DNA of 64,000 nt from contig QZKM01000006.1 in NCBI GenBank assembly GCA_003599485.1, positions 2,922 to 66,921 of the forward strand, read 5' to 3'. Under the pieces are notes generated by a model that searched no databases, was not told where the DNA came from, and saw nothing but the letters and a program-made list of their open reading frames with translations. The DNA comes from Gammaproteobacteria bacterium. Lineage in GTDB: Bacteria > Pseudomonadota > Gammaproteobacteria > SURF-13. Made by a program: the position numbers and the translations under genes. Shown one piece after another: positions 30,634 through 41,121 of the stretch; positions within the stretch are counted from its first letter, which is position 1; each line of letters opens with the position of its first letter.

Positions 30634-31884
30634 TCAAAGTAACAGGCGCTCGGCGGCGAATAGCGCGCTGATCTGTTCGCGTTCGCGCACCAGGTGCATC
30701 TTCGCGCCGTCCACCATGACTTCCGCCGGGCGCGCGCGGGTGTTGTAATTGGAAGCCATGCTCATGCCATACGCGCCCGCGTCCATGATGGCGAGCAGAT
30801 CGCCCTCGGCGATATACAATGCGCGCTCGTGACCGAGAAAATCACTGGTTTCGCACACCGGGCCGACGACTTCATACACTTCGGTTGCGCCGCGTTGCTG
30901 ATGCACCGGCTGTATCGCGTGGTAGGCGTCGTACAACGCCGGGCGCAGCAAGTCATTCATGGCCGCGTCCACCACGGCGAAACGCCTGGCGCCGGTTTGC
31001 TTTAAATATTCCACTTTGGTCAACAATGCGCCCGCATCGCCCGCAATGGCGCGCCCCGGTTCGATCAGCAGCTTGAGCGTTTGCCCGCGCCGTTGCATCA
31101 GTTCCAGCAGCGCCGAGGCATAGCGCGCGGGCGCGGGCGGTTGCTCGCCCTGGTAGGCGATGCCCAGCCCGCCGCCGGTGTCAATGTGGCGCAGAACAAT
31201 GCCTTGCTTGCTCAATTCGTCCACCAGATCGAGCACGCGGTTTAATGCGTCCACAAACGGCCCAACCTCGGTAATCTGCGAGCCGATGTGACAATCCACT
31301 CCCGTGATCTCGATGTGCGCCATGGTCTTCGCCTCGGCGTACAGGCGCGGCGCATCCGCGATGGGAATGCCGAACTTGCTGCTGGAGAGGCCTGTGGAGA
31401 TATACGGATGGGTGCGCGCGTCCACGTCGGGGTTGACCCGTAGCGCCACCGGCGCGCGCCGCCGCATGCCGCCCTCGACCCGGTTCAGACGCTGCAATTC
31501 GGCCTCCGACTCGACGTTGAAACACAAAATGCCCACTTCGAGCGCGCGCTGCATTTCGTCTTCGCGCTTGCCCACGCCGGAGAACACCACCTTGCGCGCC
31601 TCGCCCCCGGCGGCGAGCACGCGCTCCAGTTCGCCCCCCGACACCACGTCAAACCCGGATCCAAGGCGCGCCAGCAGATTCAGCACTGCCAGATTGGAGT
31701 TGGCCTTGACCGCGAAACAGACCAGATGATCGTGCCCGGCAAAGGCTTGATCGAAGGCGCGCCAGTTGGCCTCCAGAGCGGCGCGCGAGTACACGTAGCA
31801 CGGCGTGCCGTGCGCGCGCGCGACGTCTTGCAGCGCCACGTCTTCGGCGTACAACTGCCCGTTGCGGTAAGTAAAGCAAGTCAT
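30634..31884 (-). CDS. lysA: diaminopimelate decarboxylase
   Basis: PLP fold III decarboxylase with conserved Lys in CFAVKAN and the GGG motif. Confidence 0.9.
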   Translation of the reverse strand: MTCFTYRNGQLYAEDVALQDVARAHGTPCYVYSRAALEANWRAFDQAFAGHDHLVCFAVKANSNLAVLNLLARLGSGFDVVSGGELERVLAAGGEARKVVFSGVGKREDEMQRALEVGILCFNVESEAELQRLNRVEGGMRRRAPVALRVNPDVDARTHPYISTGLSSSKFGIPIADAPRLYAEAKTMAHIEITGVDCHIGSQITEVGPFVDALNRVLDLVDELSKQGIVLRHIDTGGGLGIAYQGEQPPAPARYASALLELMQRRGQTLKLLIEPGRAIAGDAGALLTKVEYLKQTGARRFAVVDAAMNDLLRPALYDAYHAIQPVHQQRGATEVYEVVGPVCETSDFLGHERALYIAEGDLLAIMDAGAYGMSMASNYNTRARPAEVMVDGAKMHLVREREQISALFAAERLLL

Positions 31885-31928
31885 GGGAAGTAAAACACGG
31901 CCCGCGCGGTCAGGCAGGCGCGGTAAAT

Positions 31929-32057
31929 TTAATACGGCTGCTTTTGTTCGCCCGCGCGGTTGTCCGGCAGATACAGATCACCTTTCTGCCCGCAGCCGCT
32001 CAGTGCGACGCATAGCACGAGGCTCAACAGCCAATACAGGTGTCTGGATAGCGTCAT
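31929..32057 (-). CDS. lptM: small lipoprotein LptM/LppL-like (42 aa), not in ORF track
   Basis: Translates to MTLSRHLYWLLSLVLCVALSGCGQKGDLYLPDNRAGEQKQPY. Lipobox LSGC followed by the CGQKGDLYLP motif characteristic of the LptM/YifL lipopeptide. Lies just upstream of lysA, as lppL does in Pseudomonas. Confidence 0.55.
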   Translation of the reverse strand: MTLSRHLYWLLSLVLCVALSGCGQKGDLYLPDNRAGEQKQPY

Positions 32058-32214
32058 ATTCACTCCGCCGGAAATTAGGTACTGGTTATTATACGTCAGC
32101 CTGGCTGCGCTGGATTAACGAACCCGCGTCAACCAACAGCAAGCCGCGCGCCTATCGCGCGTCGTGCTGTAATCCCCGATTCAGAGGCCTCTTCGCCAGA
32201 GGCCGGTACTGCGG

Positions 32215-32415
32215 TCAGGCGGGCTTGACGTTCGCCGCTTGCAGGCCCTTGGGCCCTTTGGTGGTTTCAAATTCCACCTTCTGCCCTTCGTTGAGGGTTT
32301 TGAAACCACTTGCCGCGATGGCCGAGTAATGTACAAATACGTCGGGACTGCCATCGCTGGGTGTAATAAAACCAAAACCTTTACTTTCGTTGAACCACTT
32401 TACCGTACCAATCAT
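32215..32415 (-). CDS. cspA: cold-shock protein (CspA family)
   Basis: 66 aa; RNP1 KGFGFI and RNP2 VFVHY motifs. Confidence 0.9.
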   Translation of the reverse strand: MIGTVKWFNESKGFGFITPSDGSPDVFVHYSAIAASGFKTLNEGQKVEFETTKGPKGLQAANVKPA

Positions 32416-32505
32416 GCTTGCAACCTCGTTATGTGTGATTTATTCCGGCCGCTGCGTGCACCAGCGTCCGCTCGGGCGTATCCGTTGGATACGCACAGCC
32501 TGAGT

Positions 32506-33255
32506 TTACCTCTTTTCCGGTTTCTGTCCAGCATATTTTGTATCGGCGCTGGGTTGCAGGAGCGGCGCCAACCAGCGCGAATATAAAATGCGCGCAACGC
32601 GCTGCAAGGCGTCCGCCTTGGCGCGCACGTCGCGCAGCATCTCGCTCGCGCCCTGCACGCCGGGCGCTGGATGACGCACCGTCTCCGGTTCCTCCTCACA
32701 CCAGGTCTGCACCATGGCGGCGGTCATCTCGATATGACATTGCAGCGCCAGCATGTTGCCGAGCACAAAGGCCTGGTTGGGGCAATACGCGCTCGATAAA
32801 ATCAGTGTGGCCCCCGGCGGCAGGGAAAATGTTTCGCCGTGCCAGTGAAACACCTCAATCTCCGCGGGGAGGTCGTCCAGCCAGTCGCGCGCCGCCGCGT
32901 TTTCAATACGACGCACCGTGCCCCAGCCGATCTCCTTGACCGGATTTTTAGTCACCCGTCCGCCCAGGGCCTTGCTGATGAGCTGACCGCCCAGGCAGTG
33001 TCCCAGCACCGGCATGGTGTTTGCAGCGGCCAGGCGGATGAGCGCCAGTTCCTTCTCAATCCAGGGCAGCGTATCATTAACGCTCATCGGGCCGCCCATG
33101 AATACCAGGGCGGAGGTGGCGTCGAGCCGCTCCGGCACCGGATCGCCTTGATCTATGCGGATAACTTCATAGGGTATGCGCCGTTCGTCCAGAAACCCGG
33201 CGAAGTGCCCCGGTCCCTCGTGCGGGGCGTGGCGGAAGATGGTGATGGGCTTCAT
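32506..33255 (-). CDS. class I glutamine amidotransferase-like protein (GMP synthase-type GATase domain)
   Basis: Catalytic triad Cys in GHCLGGQ, with His/Glu near the C-terminus. Start taken at MKPITIF. Confidence 0.7.
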   Translation of the reverse strand: MKPITIFRHAPHEGPGHFAGFLDERRIPYEVIRIDQGDPVPERLDATSALVFMGGPMSVNDTLPWIEKELALIRLAAANTMPVLGHCLGGQLISKALGGRVTKNPVKEIGWGTVRRIENAAARDWLDDLPAEIEVFHWHGETFSLPPGATLILSSAYCPNQAFVLGNMLALQCHIEMTAAMVQTWCEEEPETVRHPAPGVQGASEMLRDVRAKADALQRVARILYSRWLAPLLQPSADTKYAGQKPEKR

Positions 33256-33291
33256 GGCGTTATTATGGAACAAATTGTGTGGGTGCTGCAC

Positions 33292-33930
33292 ATGAGATGG
33301 CTGCTGATTGCGTGCGGTTTATTTTTAAGCATGCCCGCCTGGGCGGTGAAAAACGTGACCGTGGTGGGACTGTTCAAGGATCGCGTGGTGCTGTTGATAG
33401 ACGGCAGGCAGCAGGCGCTTGGCGTCGGTCAAACCAGCCAGGAAGGGGTGCGGCTGATCTCCGCTACCAGCAAGGAGGCGGTGCTGGAGGTGAACGGCAA
33501 ACCCGCCCTGTATCGCTTGAGCAACCAGGTCGGCACAAATTACGCCAGGCGCAAGGAGAGCAGCGTACAGATCGCGCGCAACCCGCAAGGCATGTACATG
33601 GTGGACGGCAACATCAACGCCTTTGCGGTGCGCTTTCTGGTGGATACCGGCGCCACCAATGTCGCCATGAACGCGGCGGAGGCGAAGCGCCTGGGGATAG
33701 ACTACCGCCTCAACGGCCGGCCGCTTACGGTGTCCACCGCCTCCGGCAACGCGCCGGCCTATCAGGTCAGGTTGGGCAAGGTGAAAGTCGGCGACATCGA
33801 GCTGCGCGACGTGGAAGGCGTGGTGGTGGAAGGGGGGTTTCCGACCGAGGTGCTGCTCGGCATGTCGTTTCTGGGACGCCTGGAAATGCAGAATACCGGC
33901 CAGACGCTGGTGTTAAAGCAGACGCATTAG
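33292..33930 (+). CDS. retropepsin-like (clan AA) aspartic protease, membrane-anchored (TIGR02281-type)
   Basis: N-terminal signal anchor and active site VDTGATNVAM. Confidence 0.65.
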   Translation: MRWLLIACGLFLSMPAWAVKNVTVVGLFKDRVVLLIDGRQQALGVGQTSQEGVRLISATSKEAVLEVNGKPALYRLSNQVGTNYARRKESSVQIARNPQGMYMVDGNINAFAVRFLVDTGATNVAMNAAEAKRLGIDYRLNGRPLTVSTASGNAPAYQVRLGKVKVGDIELRDVEGVVVEGGFPTEVLLGMSFLGRLEMQNTGQTLVLKQTH

Positions 33931-33947
33931 GGGTAGTGCTTTCAAAG

Positions 33948-34328
33948 TCAGCCTTCGGAATAGCGTGCGCACGCGCGCTCGGTTTCCCAAAGCGTCACGC
34001 TGCTCACGCGCAGATGCGGAGTGTTGAGTGCCCTGGACAGGCCCTGATAAAAAAACGCGGCGAGGTTTTCCGCGGTGGGGTTCACCTTGTCAAACGGCTC
34101 GATGTCGTTCAAATAGCGATGATCGAGTTGCCTGGCGAGCGAGCGCGTCGCCTGCTTGATGACCTTGAAGTCCACGCCCATGCCGGCGGCATCCAGTCGC
34201 TGCGCCACCACTTCCACCTCGATCTTCCAGTTGTGGCCGTGCATGCGGTTGCAGTCGCCGGGATAATCGCGCAGCGTGTGCGCCGAGGCGAAGTCCTCGA
34301 CGATTTTTAATGTGTAGCGCGCCGGCAT
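33948..34328 (-). CDS. queD: 6-carboxy-5,6,7,8-tetrahydropterin synthase QueD
   Basis: CxxHGH motif (CNRMHGHNW). Start taken at MPARY; the longer ORF would run into dxs. Confidence 0.8.
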   Translation of the reverse strand: MPARYTLKIVEDFASAHTLRDYPGDCNRMHGHNWKIEVEVVAQRLDAAGMGVDFKVIKQATRSLARQLDHRYLNDIEPFDKVNPTAENLAAFFYQGLSRALNTPHLRVSSVTLWETERACARYSEG

Positions 34329-34329
34329 A

Positions 34330-36210
34330 TTATTGTGTCGCCTGAGCGGCGCGCTGCGTTTCAAAATGCGCGCGCACCGCACGCAGGACGCCCTCGGTAT
34401 CCAGGCCGCAATCCGCCAGCAGTTCTTCACGCGCGCCGTGCTCGACAAAGCGGTCGGGCAGACCGAGGTTTATCAGCGCGGTTCGTACCCTCGCTTGCGT
34501 CAGACATTCGGCGACCGCGCTCCCCGCGCCGCCCATGACCGAGTTGTCCTCCAGCGTAACCAGCAGTTCATGCGTGGCCGCGATCTGTAATACGAGATTC
34601 ACATCCAGCGGCTTGACGAAGCGCATGTTGATGACCGTGGCGTTGAGTTCGTCCGCCGCCGCGAGCGCTGGCTGCAGCAGGGCGCCGAAGGCGAGCAGCG
34701 CTATTTTCTTACCCTTGCGCCGCAGTTCCGCCTTGCCGATGGGGAGTGTGGCGAGACCGGGTTTGACGGCGGCGCCCGGGCCGCCGCCGCGCGGATAGCG
34801 CACCGCCGCCGGGCCGCTGTGCAGAAAGCCGGTGCTGAGCATGGCGCGGCTTTCATTTTCGTCGCCCGGTGTCATGATGACCAGATTCGGCACGCAGCGC
34901 AGAAAGCTCAAATCGAACGCGCCTGCGTGCGTCGGGCCGTCGGGGCCGACCAGACCGGCGCGGTCTATGGCGAACAGCACCGGCAGGTTTTGCAGCGCCA
35001 CGTCGTGGATCACCTGATCGTAGGCGCGTTGCAGAAAGCTGGAGTAGATCGCCACCACCGGCTTGCGGCCCTCGCACGCCAAGCCCGCGGCCAGCGTCAC
35101 GGCATGTTGTTCGGCGATGCCGACGTCGAGATAGCGTTCGGGATAGGCTTCGGAAAACTTCACCAGCCCGGAACCCTCGCGCATCGCGGGCGTGATGGCG
35201 ACGAGGCGTGAATCACGCGCGGCCATGTCACACAGCCAGTCGCCAAACACCTGCGTGTAGCTCGGTTTGGCGCCGGCCTTGGACAGCGGCTCGCCGCTTT
35301 CGATGTCGAACGCGGCGACGCCGTGATAGGCGCACGGGTCGTTCTCGGCGGGCTGGTAGCCCTTGCCTTTTTGCGTCACGATGTGCAAAAACTGCGGGCC
35401 TTTGAGCGCGCGCATGTTGCGCAGCGTGGTGAGCAGCGTGGGCAGGTCGTGGCCGTCTATCGGCCCGATATAATTAAAACCGATTTCCTCGAACAGCGTG
35501 CCGGGCGTCACCATGCCCTTCATGTGCTCCTCGGCGCGCCGCGCCCAGTCCTGCACCGGCGGCACGGCGGCAAGAATGCGTTTGCCGCGTTCGCGCACGG
35601 TGGAGTAAATCTTGCCTGACAGCACGCGCGCCAGATAATTGGACATGCCGCCCACGTTGGGCGAGATGGACATGTCGTTGTCGTTCAGTATCACCAGCAG
35701 GTTCGCGTTCAGATCGCCCGCGTGATTCAGCGCCTCGAACGACAAACCCGCGGTGAGCGCGCCATCGCCCAGCACCGCAATGACCTTGCGCTCATCCCCG
35801 TGACCGCTTTCCAGAGATTGCGCCAGCGCCATGCCCAGCGCGGCGGACACCGCGGTGCCCGCGTGGCCGGCGCCGAAGGCGTCATACGGACTTTCGTCGC
35901 GCCTGGGGAAACCGGCCAGACCGTTTTTTCGGCGCAGGTTTTTCATCTGCTCGCGCCGGCCGGTGAGGATTTTGTGCGGGTAGCTTTGATGGCCCGTGTC
36001 CCACACCAGGCGGTCGTGCGGCGTGTCAAACACGTAATGCAGCGCGATGGTCAACTCCACCGTGCCGAGGCCCGCCGCCAGATGGCCGCCGGTGCGGCCG
36101 ACGGACTCAATGAGGAACGCGCGCAGCTCGGCGGCGAGCCGGGCGAGCTGCGCTTCATCCAGCCGGCGTAAATCATCCGGCGTGCGTACTGTCTCTAGCA
36201 GAGGATACAT
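34330..36210 (-). CDS. dxs: 1-deoxy-D-xylulose-5-phosphate synthase
   Basis: 626 aa with a TPP-binding GDG-x25-N motif. Operon xseB-ispA-dxs. Confidence 0.95.
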   Translation of the reverse strand: MYPLLETVRTPDDLRRLDEAQLARLAAELRAFLIESVGRTGGHLAAGLGTVELTIALHYVFDTPHDRLVWDTGHQSYPHKILTGRREQMKNLRRKNGLAGFPRRDESPYDAFGAGHAGTAVSAALGMALAQSLESGHGDERKVIAVLGDGALTAGLSFEALNHAGDLNANLLVILNDNDMSISPNVGGMSNYLARVLSGKIYSTVRERGKRILAAVPPVQDWARRAEEHMKGMVTPGTLFEEIGFNYIGPIDGHDLPTLLTTLRNMRALKGPQFLHIVTQKGKGYQPAENDPCAYHGVAAFDIESGEPLSKAGAKPSYTQVFGDWLCDMAARDSRLVAITPAMREGSGLVKFSEAYPERYLDVGIAEQHAVTLAAGLACEGRKPVVAIYSSFLQRAYDQVIHDVALQNLPVLFAIDRAGLVGPDGPTHAGAFDLSFLRCVPNLVIMTPGDENESRAMLSTGFLHSGPAAVRYPRGGGPGAAVKPGLATLPIGKAELRRKGKKIALLAFGALLQPALAAADELNATVINMRFVKPLDVNLVLQIAATHELLVTLEDNSVMGGAGSAVAECLTQARVRTALINLGLPDRFVEHGAREELLADCGLDTEGVLRAVRAHFETQRAAQATQ

Positions 36211-36291
36211 GAGGCGGCGTTGGGCGAATGGTGAGGCTGACTGCGTAGTGTCACTTTAACACATTGTCAAATGCCGGGGTATCCTAACAGG

Positions 36292-36440
36292 TTGTTGAAA
36301 AAGCCCTTCCATGGGCTTTTTCAACTCGCAAAGCGAAAAGTGTCATTTTCGCTTTGCTACATTTTTCAAGCACATAAAGCGTGCTTGAAAAATGGCGGTG
36401 CGTCCCTGCACCGCACGCAGGCTGTTTCTCAACAGCCTGC
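36292..36440. repeat. ~150-bp multi-hairpin repeat element, copy B (inverted relative to copy A)
   Basis: Reverse-complement homologue of 20269-20417 at ~85-90% identity, filling the ispA-dxs intergenic region. Its last hairpin overlaps the ispA stop codon. Confidence 0.55.
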
Positions 36441-37327
36441 TAGCTTGTCCTGGCCACGATATAGTGCGCGAGCTGGCGCAATGCCTCGGCGCGGCCGTCC
36501 AGGCCGGCCAGACTGTCCAGGGCCGCGTCACGCAGGTCATTGGCGATTTGCCTGGCCTGGCTGAGGCCGAGCAGGGCGGGATAGGTGGGCTTGTTGCGCG
36601 CACGGTCCGCGCCTTGGGTTTTACCCAGGGTTTGCGTGTCGCCGGTTTCATCCAGGATGTCATCCTGAATCTGAAACGCCAGCCCGATGCGTTTGGCGTA
36701 GCGGTCAAGCTGGCTTAATACAGCTTGATCCAGGTTCGGGCCGCAGTAAGCGCCGAGCAGTACGCTGGCGCGGATCAGCGCGCCGGTTTTCTGTACATGC
36801 ATCAGTTCCAGTTCGGCCAGGCTTAAGGTTTTGCCGGCCGCCGCGAGGTCCAGCGCCTGGCCGCCCGCCATGCCGTGTGAACCGCTCGCCTGCGCCAGTG
36901 TTTCAATCATCTTGACGCGCATCGAGTCAGTGACCGGCGGTGCAGCGCGGGCAAGCAACTGAAACGCGAGCGCGATCAGCGCATCGCCCGCCAGAATGGC
37001 GGTGGCCTCGCCGAACGCCTTGTGACAGGTTGGTTTGCCGCGGCGCAGGTCATCGTCGTCCATCGCGGGCAGGTCGTCATGCACCAGCGAATAGGCGTGA
37101 ATCATCTCCACCGCGCAGGCGGGCGCATCGAGTAGCGCCGGCTCCGCGCCCGTGACGCATCCGGCGGCGTACACCAGGGCGGGGCGGATGCGCTTGCCGC
37201 CGTCCAGCACCGCGTAACGCATCGCGCGATGCAACTCCGCGGGGGCGGAGCCGGCCGGCGGCAGGCAGGCGTTCAACGCGCGCTCAACGCGCGCCTGATA
37301 CTCGTTGAGCAGCGCTTCGGCTGACAT
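36440..37327 (-). CDS. ispA: (2E,6E)-farnesyl diphosphate synthase
   Basis: First DDxxD motif (LVHDDLPAMDDDDLRRGK) and second DD motif (FQIQDDILD). Start taken at MSAEALL. Confidence 0.9.
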   Translation of the reverse strand: MSAEALLNEYQARVERALNACLPPAGSAPAELHRAMRYAVLDGGKRIRPALVYAAGCVTGAEPALLDAPACAVEMIHAYSLVHDDLPAMDDDDLRRGKPTCHKAFGEATAILAGDALIALAFQLLARAAPPVTDSMRVKMIETLAQASGSHGMAGGQALDLAAAGKTLSLAELELMHVQKTGALIRASVLLGAYCGPNLDQAVLSQLDRYAKRIGLAFQIQDDILDETGDTQTLGKTQGADRARNKPTYPALLGLSQARQIANDLRDAALDSLAGLDGRAEALRQLAHYIVARTS

Positions 37328-37349
37328 GGAAATGGAAAGCGGGAGGCGC

Positions 37350-37586
37350 TTACTCTTCTTCCGGCTCAAAAGGTTCGACGCGCAACGCGCCGTCCTTTTC
37401 CATGAGGATGTGCACCTTCTGCTCCGCGTCGCGCAGGGCCTTCTGACAGGCGCGCGTGAGTTCGATGCCGCGCTCGAAGTGTTTGAGCGAGTCCTCCAGG
37501 CTGATCTCGCCTTGTTCCATGCGCTCGACCAGCGCCTCCAGCTCCTTCAGGGCTTTTTCAAAATCCAGCGGCGTTTTCTTGGACAT
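37350..37586 (-). CDS. xseB: exodeoxyribonuclease VII small subunit
   Basis: 78 aa; LEELE..LE.G...LE.SL..FE.G consensus. Confidence 0.9.
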   Translation of the reverse strand: MSKKTPLDFEKALKELEALVERMEQGEISLEDSLKHFERGIELTRACQKALRDAEQKVHILMEKDGALRVEPFEPEEE

Positions 37587-37719
37587 GGGCGCGGTAGCGG
37601 CGCAAGTAAGGGCTTATTTTCCGCATGGTAGCTTACTTAGGGCGGGCGCGGCAACGGCATGGCGGCGCGGGCTGACTTTAGCTATGCTGTGTGTGGGGTC
37701 AGGCGGGTTGGGGGCGTAC

Positions 37720-38772
37720 ATGTCGCTGACGGAAAACTGGGCCGAGGAGATGCGCTCGGCGTATCTTTACCGTGTTCTGGCGCAGGTGGAGCGCGATCCG
37801 GTAAAGAGCGCGCTGTTCCATAAGCTGGCCGAGGCCGCTGAAGCGCAGGCGCACATCTGGGCGCGGCAGGCGCGCGAGGCCGCCACCCCCGTTCCTGCCG
37901 GATTTCATCCCTCTCCGCGCGTGCGCCTGGTGGCGCGGCTGCTGCGCTGGTTCGGCCCGCGCGCGCTGCGCCCGGTGCTCGCCGCGGCCAAGGTGCGCGG
38001 CCTGTCCCTATACAGCGCCGGTTACAGCTCCGGGTACGGCGCCGGGCATCCCATGCCCGCTTCGCTGCAGGATTTCGGTCAGCGGCATCGAGGCGTGAAC
38101 AGCGGCGGCACGCTGCGCGCCGCCGTGTTCGGCGTCAACGACGGCCTGGTCTCCAATACCAGCCTCATCATGGGCGTGGCGGGCGCGGCGGCGGACGCCG
38201 GGATTATCCTGTTGACCGGCGCGGCGGGTCTGCTGGCGGGTGCATTGTCCATGGCGGCGGGCGAGTATGTCTCCATGCGCTCGCAGCGTGAAATGTATGA
38301 GTACCAGATCGGGCTGGAGCGTGAGGAACTGGAACAATATCCTGACGCAGAGGCCGAGGAACTGGCGCTGATCTATCAGGCGCGCGGCGCGGACATGGAG
38401 CGGGCGCGTGAGTTCGCGCGCGGTTTGCTGAAACATCCGCAGCATGCGCTGGACACGCTGGCGCGCGAAGAGCTGGGGTTGAATCCGGCCGAACTCGGTT
38501 CGCCCTGGGGCGCGGCGCTGTCTTCGTTTCTTGCCTTCGCGGCGGGTGCGTTGATTCCACTTGCGCCGTTCGTTCTAAACGTGAACGTAACCAACGCCGT
38601 GCCGCTCAGCGCCGGGCTTGCCGCCTTGAGCCTGTTTGCGGTAGGCGCGGTGCTCAGCCTGTTCACCGGCCGCCGCGCCTTCTGGGGCGGCGCGCGCATG
38701 GTGTTGATCGGCGCGGGCGCGGGCGTGGTCTCGTATTTAATAGGCAGCGCGATCGGGGCGGGGCTGGCCTGA
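37720..38772 (+). CDS. VIT1/CCC1-family iron/manganese transporter with N-terminal ferritin-like domain (MbfA-like)
   Basis: C-terminal VIT1 domain (AAVFGVNDGLVSNTSLIMGVAGA...) preceded by a ~110-aa helical, ferritin-like N-terminal region. Start (37720 or 37684) is uncertain. Confidence 0.55.
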   Translation: MSLTENWAEEMRSAYLYRVLAQVERDPVKSALFHKLAEAAEAQAHIWARQAREAATPVPAGFHPSPRVRLVARLLRWFGPRALRPVLAAAKVRGLSLYSAGYSSGYGAGHPMPASLQDFGQRHRGVNSGGTLRAAVFGVNDGLVSNTSLIMGVAGAAADAGIILLTGAAGLLAGALSMAAGEYVSMRSQREMYEYQIGLEREELEQYPDAEAEELALIYQARGADMERAREFARGLLKHPQHALDTLAREELGLNPAELGSPWGAALSSFLAFAAGALIPLAPFVLNVNVTNAVPLSAGLAALSLFAVGAVLSLFTGRRAFWGGARMVLIGAGAGVVSYLIGSAIGAGLA

Positions 38773-38926
38773 AAACGCCGCGCTTGACGCCAGTCCGGGG
38801 GGACGGAATGATGAACGGCTATGGGCAGGACGGCCGGCGTTTGGCGAGGCAGCGGGGCGATGCAAGGCGCGGTTTGCGTCAACTTTAAAGTTCATTACCT
38901 GGCGTTTGACAACTGAGGGGGGCGTT

Positions 38927-40138
38927 ATGAACCTGGTCTATAAACACGAAAAACCGCTGTTCTATATTCTGGTGGTTATCTCACTGTTGATTTGGATTGG
39001 TGTAATTGCCGTTACCTCCGGCATCGCGCTGATTTACGTGGCAGTGGCTTTTATCTTTTATCTGTTTTTCCAGTCGGCCTTTATTTCTTATTTGAAGGGT
39101 ACGGCGGTCAAAATCACCGTGCAACAGTTTCCCGATCTCCATGAGCGCGTTACAGCGTGCTGCGCCAGGCTTGGTATCAGTAAAATTCCCGATGCCTATT
39201 TGCTGCGTTCCGACGGAGCATTCAATGCCTTCGCCACGCGCTTCCTGGGGCGTAATTTCATCGCCCTGTATTCCGAGCTCGCCGACGCGCTGGAGGCGCA
39301 ACCGGGCGCCCTCGACTTTTATATTGGCCATGAGTTGGGCCACATTCATCGCGGCCATCTCAAGTGGCATGTATTCACCTGGCCCGCGAGCATTCTGCCG
39401 TTGCTCGGCGCGGGCTATTCCAGGGCGTGTGAATATACCTGTGATCGCTATGGCCTTGCCTGTGTCACCGATCCGAACGATGCAAAAGCGGGGATGGCGG
39501 CGCTGGCGGCGGGCGCCAAACGCTGGCGCACGCTCAGTCATCAGCACTATGCCGCCCAGGACACGCGTGGTTTCTGGATGTCCTTTCATGAGTTGACCGG
39601 CGACTATCCCTGGCTCACCAAGCGTATGGCCACGCTGGATGCCTTGATCGCCAGGCAGCCCGTGCGCCTGCCGCGGCGCAACATTTTCGCCTGGCTGCTC
39701 GCGCTGTTTGTCCCGCGCCTGGGGCTGGGTAAAGGGGCGGCGGGCGGGATGATTGTCCTGCTGGTCATCGTCGGCGTACTCGCCGCGATTTCCTTTCCGG
39801 CGTATCAAGAGTTTCAGATGCGTGCCAACGTGGCGGGCGTCTTTGCCGAAATCGGCCATGTGAAGACCGCCATTGACACCTACCGTTTGGATAATAACGC
39901 CCTGCCCAACAGCAATGAGGAACTCAACCTGCCGGTAACGGGCGACTATGGTAAAAATATCCAATCCATTGCAGTGAGCGAGGGCGGGATCATCACCGTC
40001 ACGTTGACGGGGGCGCTGGAGGATAAGTCAGTGGTGCTGGGCTATATTGAAGGGAGCGAAGGGGAGGTATGGGCGTGTGAAAGCGATACCCTCGACAAAA
40101 AATATCTGGAGCGATATTGCCAGGTGGTAGGCCAATAG
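38927..40138 (+). CDS. M48-family zinc metallopeptidase fused to a C-terminal leaderless type IV pilin-like domain
   Basis: HExxH motif HELGHIHRGH within a membrane-embedded M48 core. The last ~140 aa resemble a mature type IVa pilin: hydrophobic alpha1 (MIVLLVIVGVLAAISFPAYQEFQMRANVAGVFAEIG) and a C-terminal Cys pair (WACESD...YC). It lacks the G|FTLIE prepilin cleavage motif. An RBS (gaggggg) precedes the ATG. Confidence 0.6.
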   Translation: MNLVYKHEKPLFYILVVISLLIWIGVIAVTSGIALIYVAVAFIFYLFFQSAFISYLKGTAVKITVQQFPDLHERVTACCARLGISKIPDAYLLRSDGAFNAFATRFLGRNFIALYSELADALEAQPGALDFYIGHELGHIHRGHLKWHVFTWPASILPLLGAGYSRACEYTCDRYGLACVTDPNDAKAGMAALAAGAKRWRTLSHQHYAAQDTRGFWMSFHELTGDYPWLTKRMATLDALIARQPVRLPRRNIFAWLLALFVPRLGLGKGAAGGMIVLLVIVGVLAAISFPAYQEFQMRANVAGVFAEIGHVKTAIDTYRLDNNALPNSNEELNLPVTGDYGKNIQSIAVSEGGIITVTLTGALEDKSVVLGYIEGSEGEVWACESDTLDKKYLERYCQVVGQ

Positions 40139-40176
40139 CCCGATTGAAAACCGGAATATCACAGGGGACCCTGTTC

Positions 40177-41121
40177 ATGAAATGTGATTTGCATGGAATC
40201 ATCAAAGCGCTGTGGATAGTCATGAGCCTGATGGCTGCGGGCAGCGCCGCGTTCGCGGCGGAGCCGGCGCCGGATTATCTTGCCCAGGGGCAGCAGAAAT
40301 ACCAGGCCAAGGACTATCAGGGCGCGCTGGCGGACTTTGATCTCGCGGTGAACGCCGCGCCTAGGCGCGCCGAGGCCTATTATTGGCGCGGGGTGACCAA
40401 GATTGATCTCAAGCTTGCCAAATCCGCCATCACCGATTTTGACCAGGCCATCCGCCTGAAGAAAAATTACGCCGATGCCTATTACGAGCGCGCGTACGCC
40501 AAAAGCGAGATCGGCGATTATCAGGGCGCGCTCAAGGATTTGGACAAGGTAGTCGCGCTCAAGCCCGATCACGTCAATGCCTACAACGAGCGCGGCTGGG
40601 TCAAGACGCAGCTTGGCGACCACCGCGGCGCGATCAAGGATTCGGACAAGGCCATTGCGCTCAAGCCCGATTGGGCGACGCCCTACCGCGTGCGCGGCGA
40701 CGCCAAAAACAAACTGCAAGACCTGGGCGGAGCCATCGCGGACTGGCAAAGGGCGATCCAGCTTGACGCCAGTTTTGCCCAGATATTGAATCCGGAGATA
40801 GACAAGGCCCAGGCCGCGCTCAAGACCCAGGCCCACGCCGGAAAGTGCGCTGGCGAATTGATTACGACCAGTGGTTATGTCATCAACTGGACCGAGTGGG
40901 GCGAGCGCTATGGCATCGCCAATCCGTTTCTCATCATCAGCGGTCCGGAATATCAGGGCGAGGATGGCAAGACCCCGTACTATGGTTTGTATAATTTTCC
41001 CCATCTCAAGGACGCTGGGAACATAAGCCTTACCGGCTGCGTGCCGCAGCAGCGCTCGCCATACCGGGGCCTCAAGTACTTCAGCGAGGTGTATGAGGTG
41101 CAGTCGGTGGCGCCGCACTAG
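40177..41121 (+). CDS. TPR-repeat protein, secreted
   Basis: Signal peptide (LMAAGSAAFAA) followed by ~5 TPR units (AEAYYWRG.., ADAYYERA.., VNAYNERG.., ATPYRVRG..) and a C-terminal domain of unknown function. Confidence 0.7.
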   Translation: MKCDLHGIIKALWIVMSLMAAGSAAFAAEPAPDYLAQGQQKYQAKDYQGALADFDLAVNAAPRRAEAYYWRGVTKIDLKLAKSAITDFDQAIRLKKNYADAYYERAYAKSEIGDYQGALKDLDKVVALKPDHVNAYNERGWVKTQLGDHRGAIKDSDKAIALKPDWATPYRVRGDAKNKLQDLGGAIADWQRAIQLDASFAQILNPEIDKAQAALKTQAHAGKCAGELITTSGYVINWTEWGERYGIANPFLIISGPEYQGEDGKTPYYGLYNFPHLKDAGNISLTGCVPQQRSPYRGLKYFSEVYEVQSVAPH

